A stretch of 63,102 nucleotides of DNA, the filler included, from Octopus bimaculoides (lineage: Eukaryota): the NCBI RefSeq assembly GCF_001194135.2. It is 5 parts of 5 records of this genome, joined end to end, with 100 filler letters (N's around TTAATTAATTAA, not from the genome) between each part and the next. Parts side by side here need not be neighbours in the genome. Positions count along the whole stretch, not along the records: positions 59,544 to 63,102 come from NC_068996.1; 4 more parts are not named here. The stretch is one strand, 5' to 3'. Positions 62,563 through 63,102 of this stretch are shown one piece after another. Every line of letters starts with the position of its first letter. Positions within the stretch are counted from its first letter, which is position 1. The translations under genes and the position numbers were made by a program. The notes below the pieces were generated by a model, which searched no databases, had not been told where the DNA came from, and was given only the letters and a program-made list of their open reading frames with translations.

Positions 62563-62893
62563 TATATATATATACACACAAAGACATATGTGTACGCAAA
62601 CACATGTATGTGCACACATATACATAAAAGCAATTGTATATTACAGAACAATGTGGAAGTATATGACTGCTGTATGTATTATCTATTTATGTACGTGCAT
62701 AATTCATTATTAATGTGTAAACTTTTGCATCTATGTATTTGCATAATTGTGGTAATGAGGCGCGAATGACACCTAAATCACGAAGATATTAGATCCTTAG
62801 GAAGTAACCACATGTTAACAGCAAATGTATAAAACATCCGTCTTGCTAATTTTATCACATACAATAAAATTACTATAATACTTTTTCACTTAG

Positions 62894-62991
62894 AACAAAG
62901 CGCGGTGATAAGCCACTACAATGGTTTCGTACTGGTTAAGCTGAGAACGACATTTGATATTAGAGATAGCTGCGCTAATGTTGGAAACTAA
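62894..62991 (+). CDS. Candidate terminal exon of the membrane-protein gene
   Basis: actttttcacttag| acceptor. The frame compatible with the 59183 donor is the longest open one (E QSAVISHYNGFVLVKLRTTFDIRDSCANVGN*). AATAAA at 63015. No homology support. Confidence 0.25.
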
Positions 62992-63102
62992 TCCCAGAGA
63001 AAAAGAAGCTATTAAATAAATTTACGCTTAATTAGATGTTAGCTCTCTTCATATATACTATGTATTGTTGTGTGTATATGTATATGTATGTATATATATA
63101 TA

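Overview
AT-rich, gap-riddled, repeat-dense animal DNA. The tRNA-derived SINE families and (CA)n/(TA)n/(TACA)n microsatellites point to an octopod cephalopod (inference). Only two host-gene pieces are supportable: the spliced last coding exon of a phosphonoacetaldehyde hydrolase (PhnX-like, 5134-5633, +) and a phase-1/phase-1 transmembrane exon of an unidentified type I membrane protein (59004-59183, +). A perfect RFX X-box at 17418 has no assignable gene. The rest is transposon debris: a decayed L1/Tx1-like LINE with two tandem, divergent gag-like ORF1s, a Ty3/Gypsy pol remnant, a CRE-like RLE LINE, two solo LTRs with 4-bp TSDs, an LTR followed by three tandem tRNA-Trp PBS units, DD37D (maT), mariner and pogo remnants, and many SINEs. 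The most striking unexplained structure is a set of five long fold-back palindromes from unrelated sequence families whose turning points lie in or beside hammerhead-ribozyme core motifs, plus several stand-alone Penelope-type hammerheads. About 8 kb is N. All family assignments were made by eye without database searches, and ribozyme folds were paired by hand.
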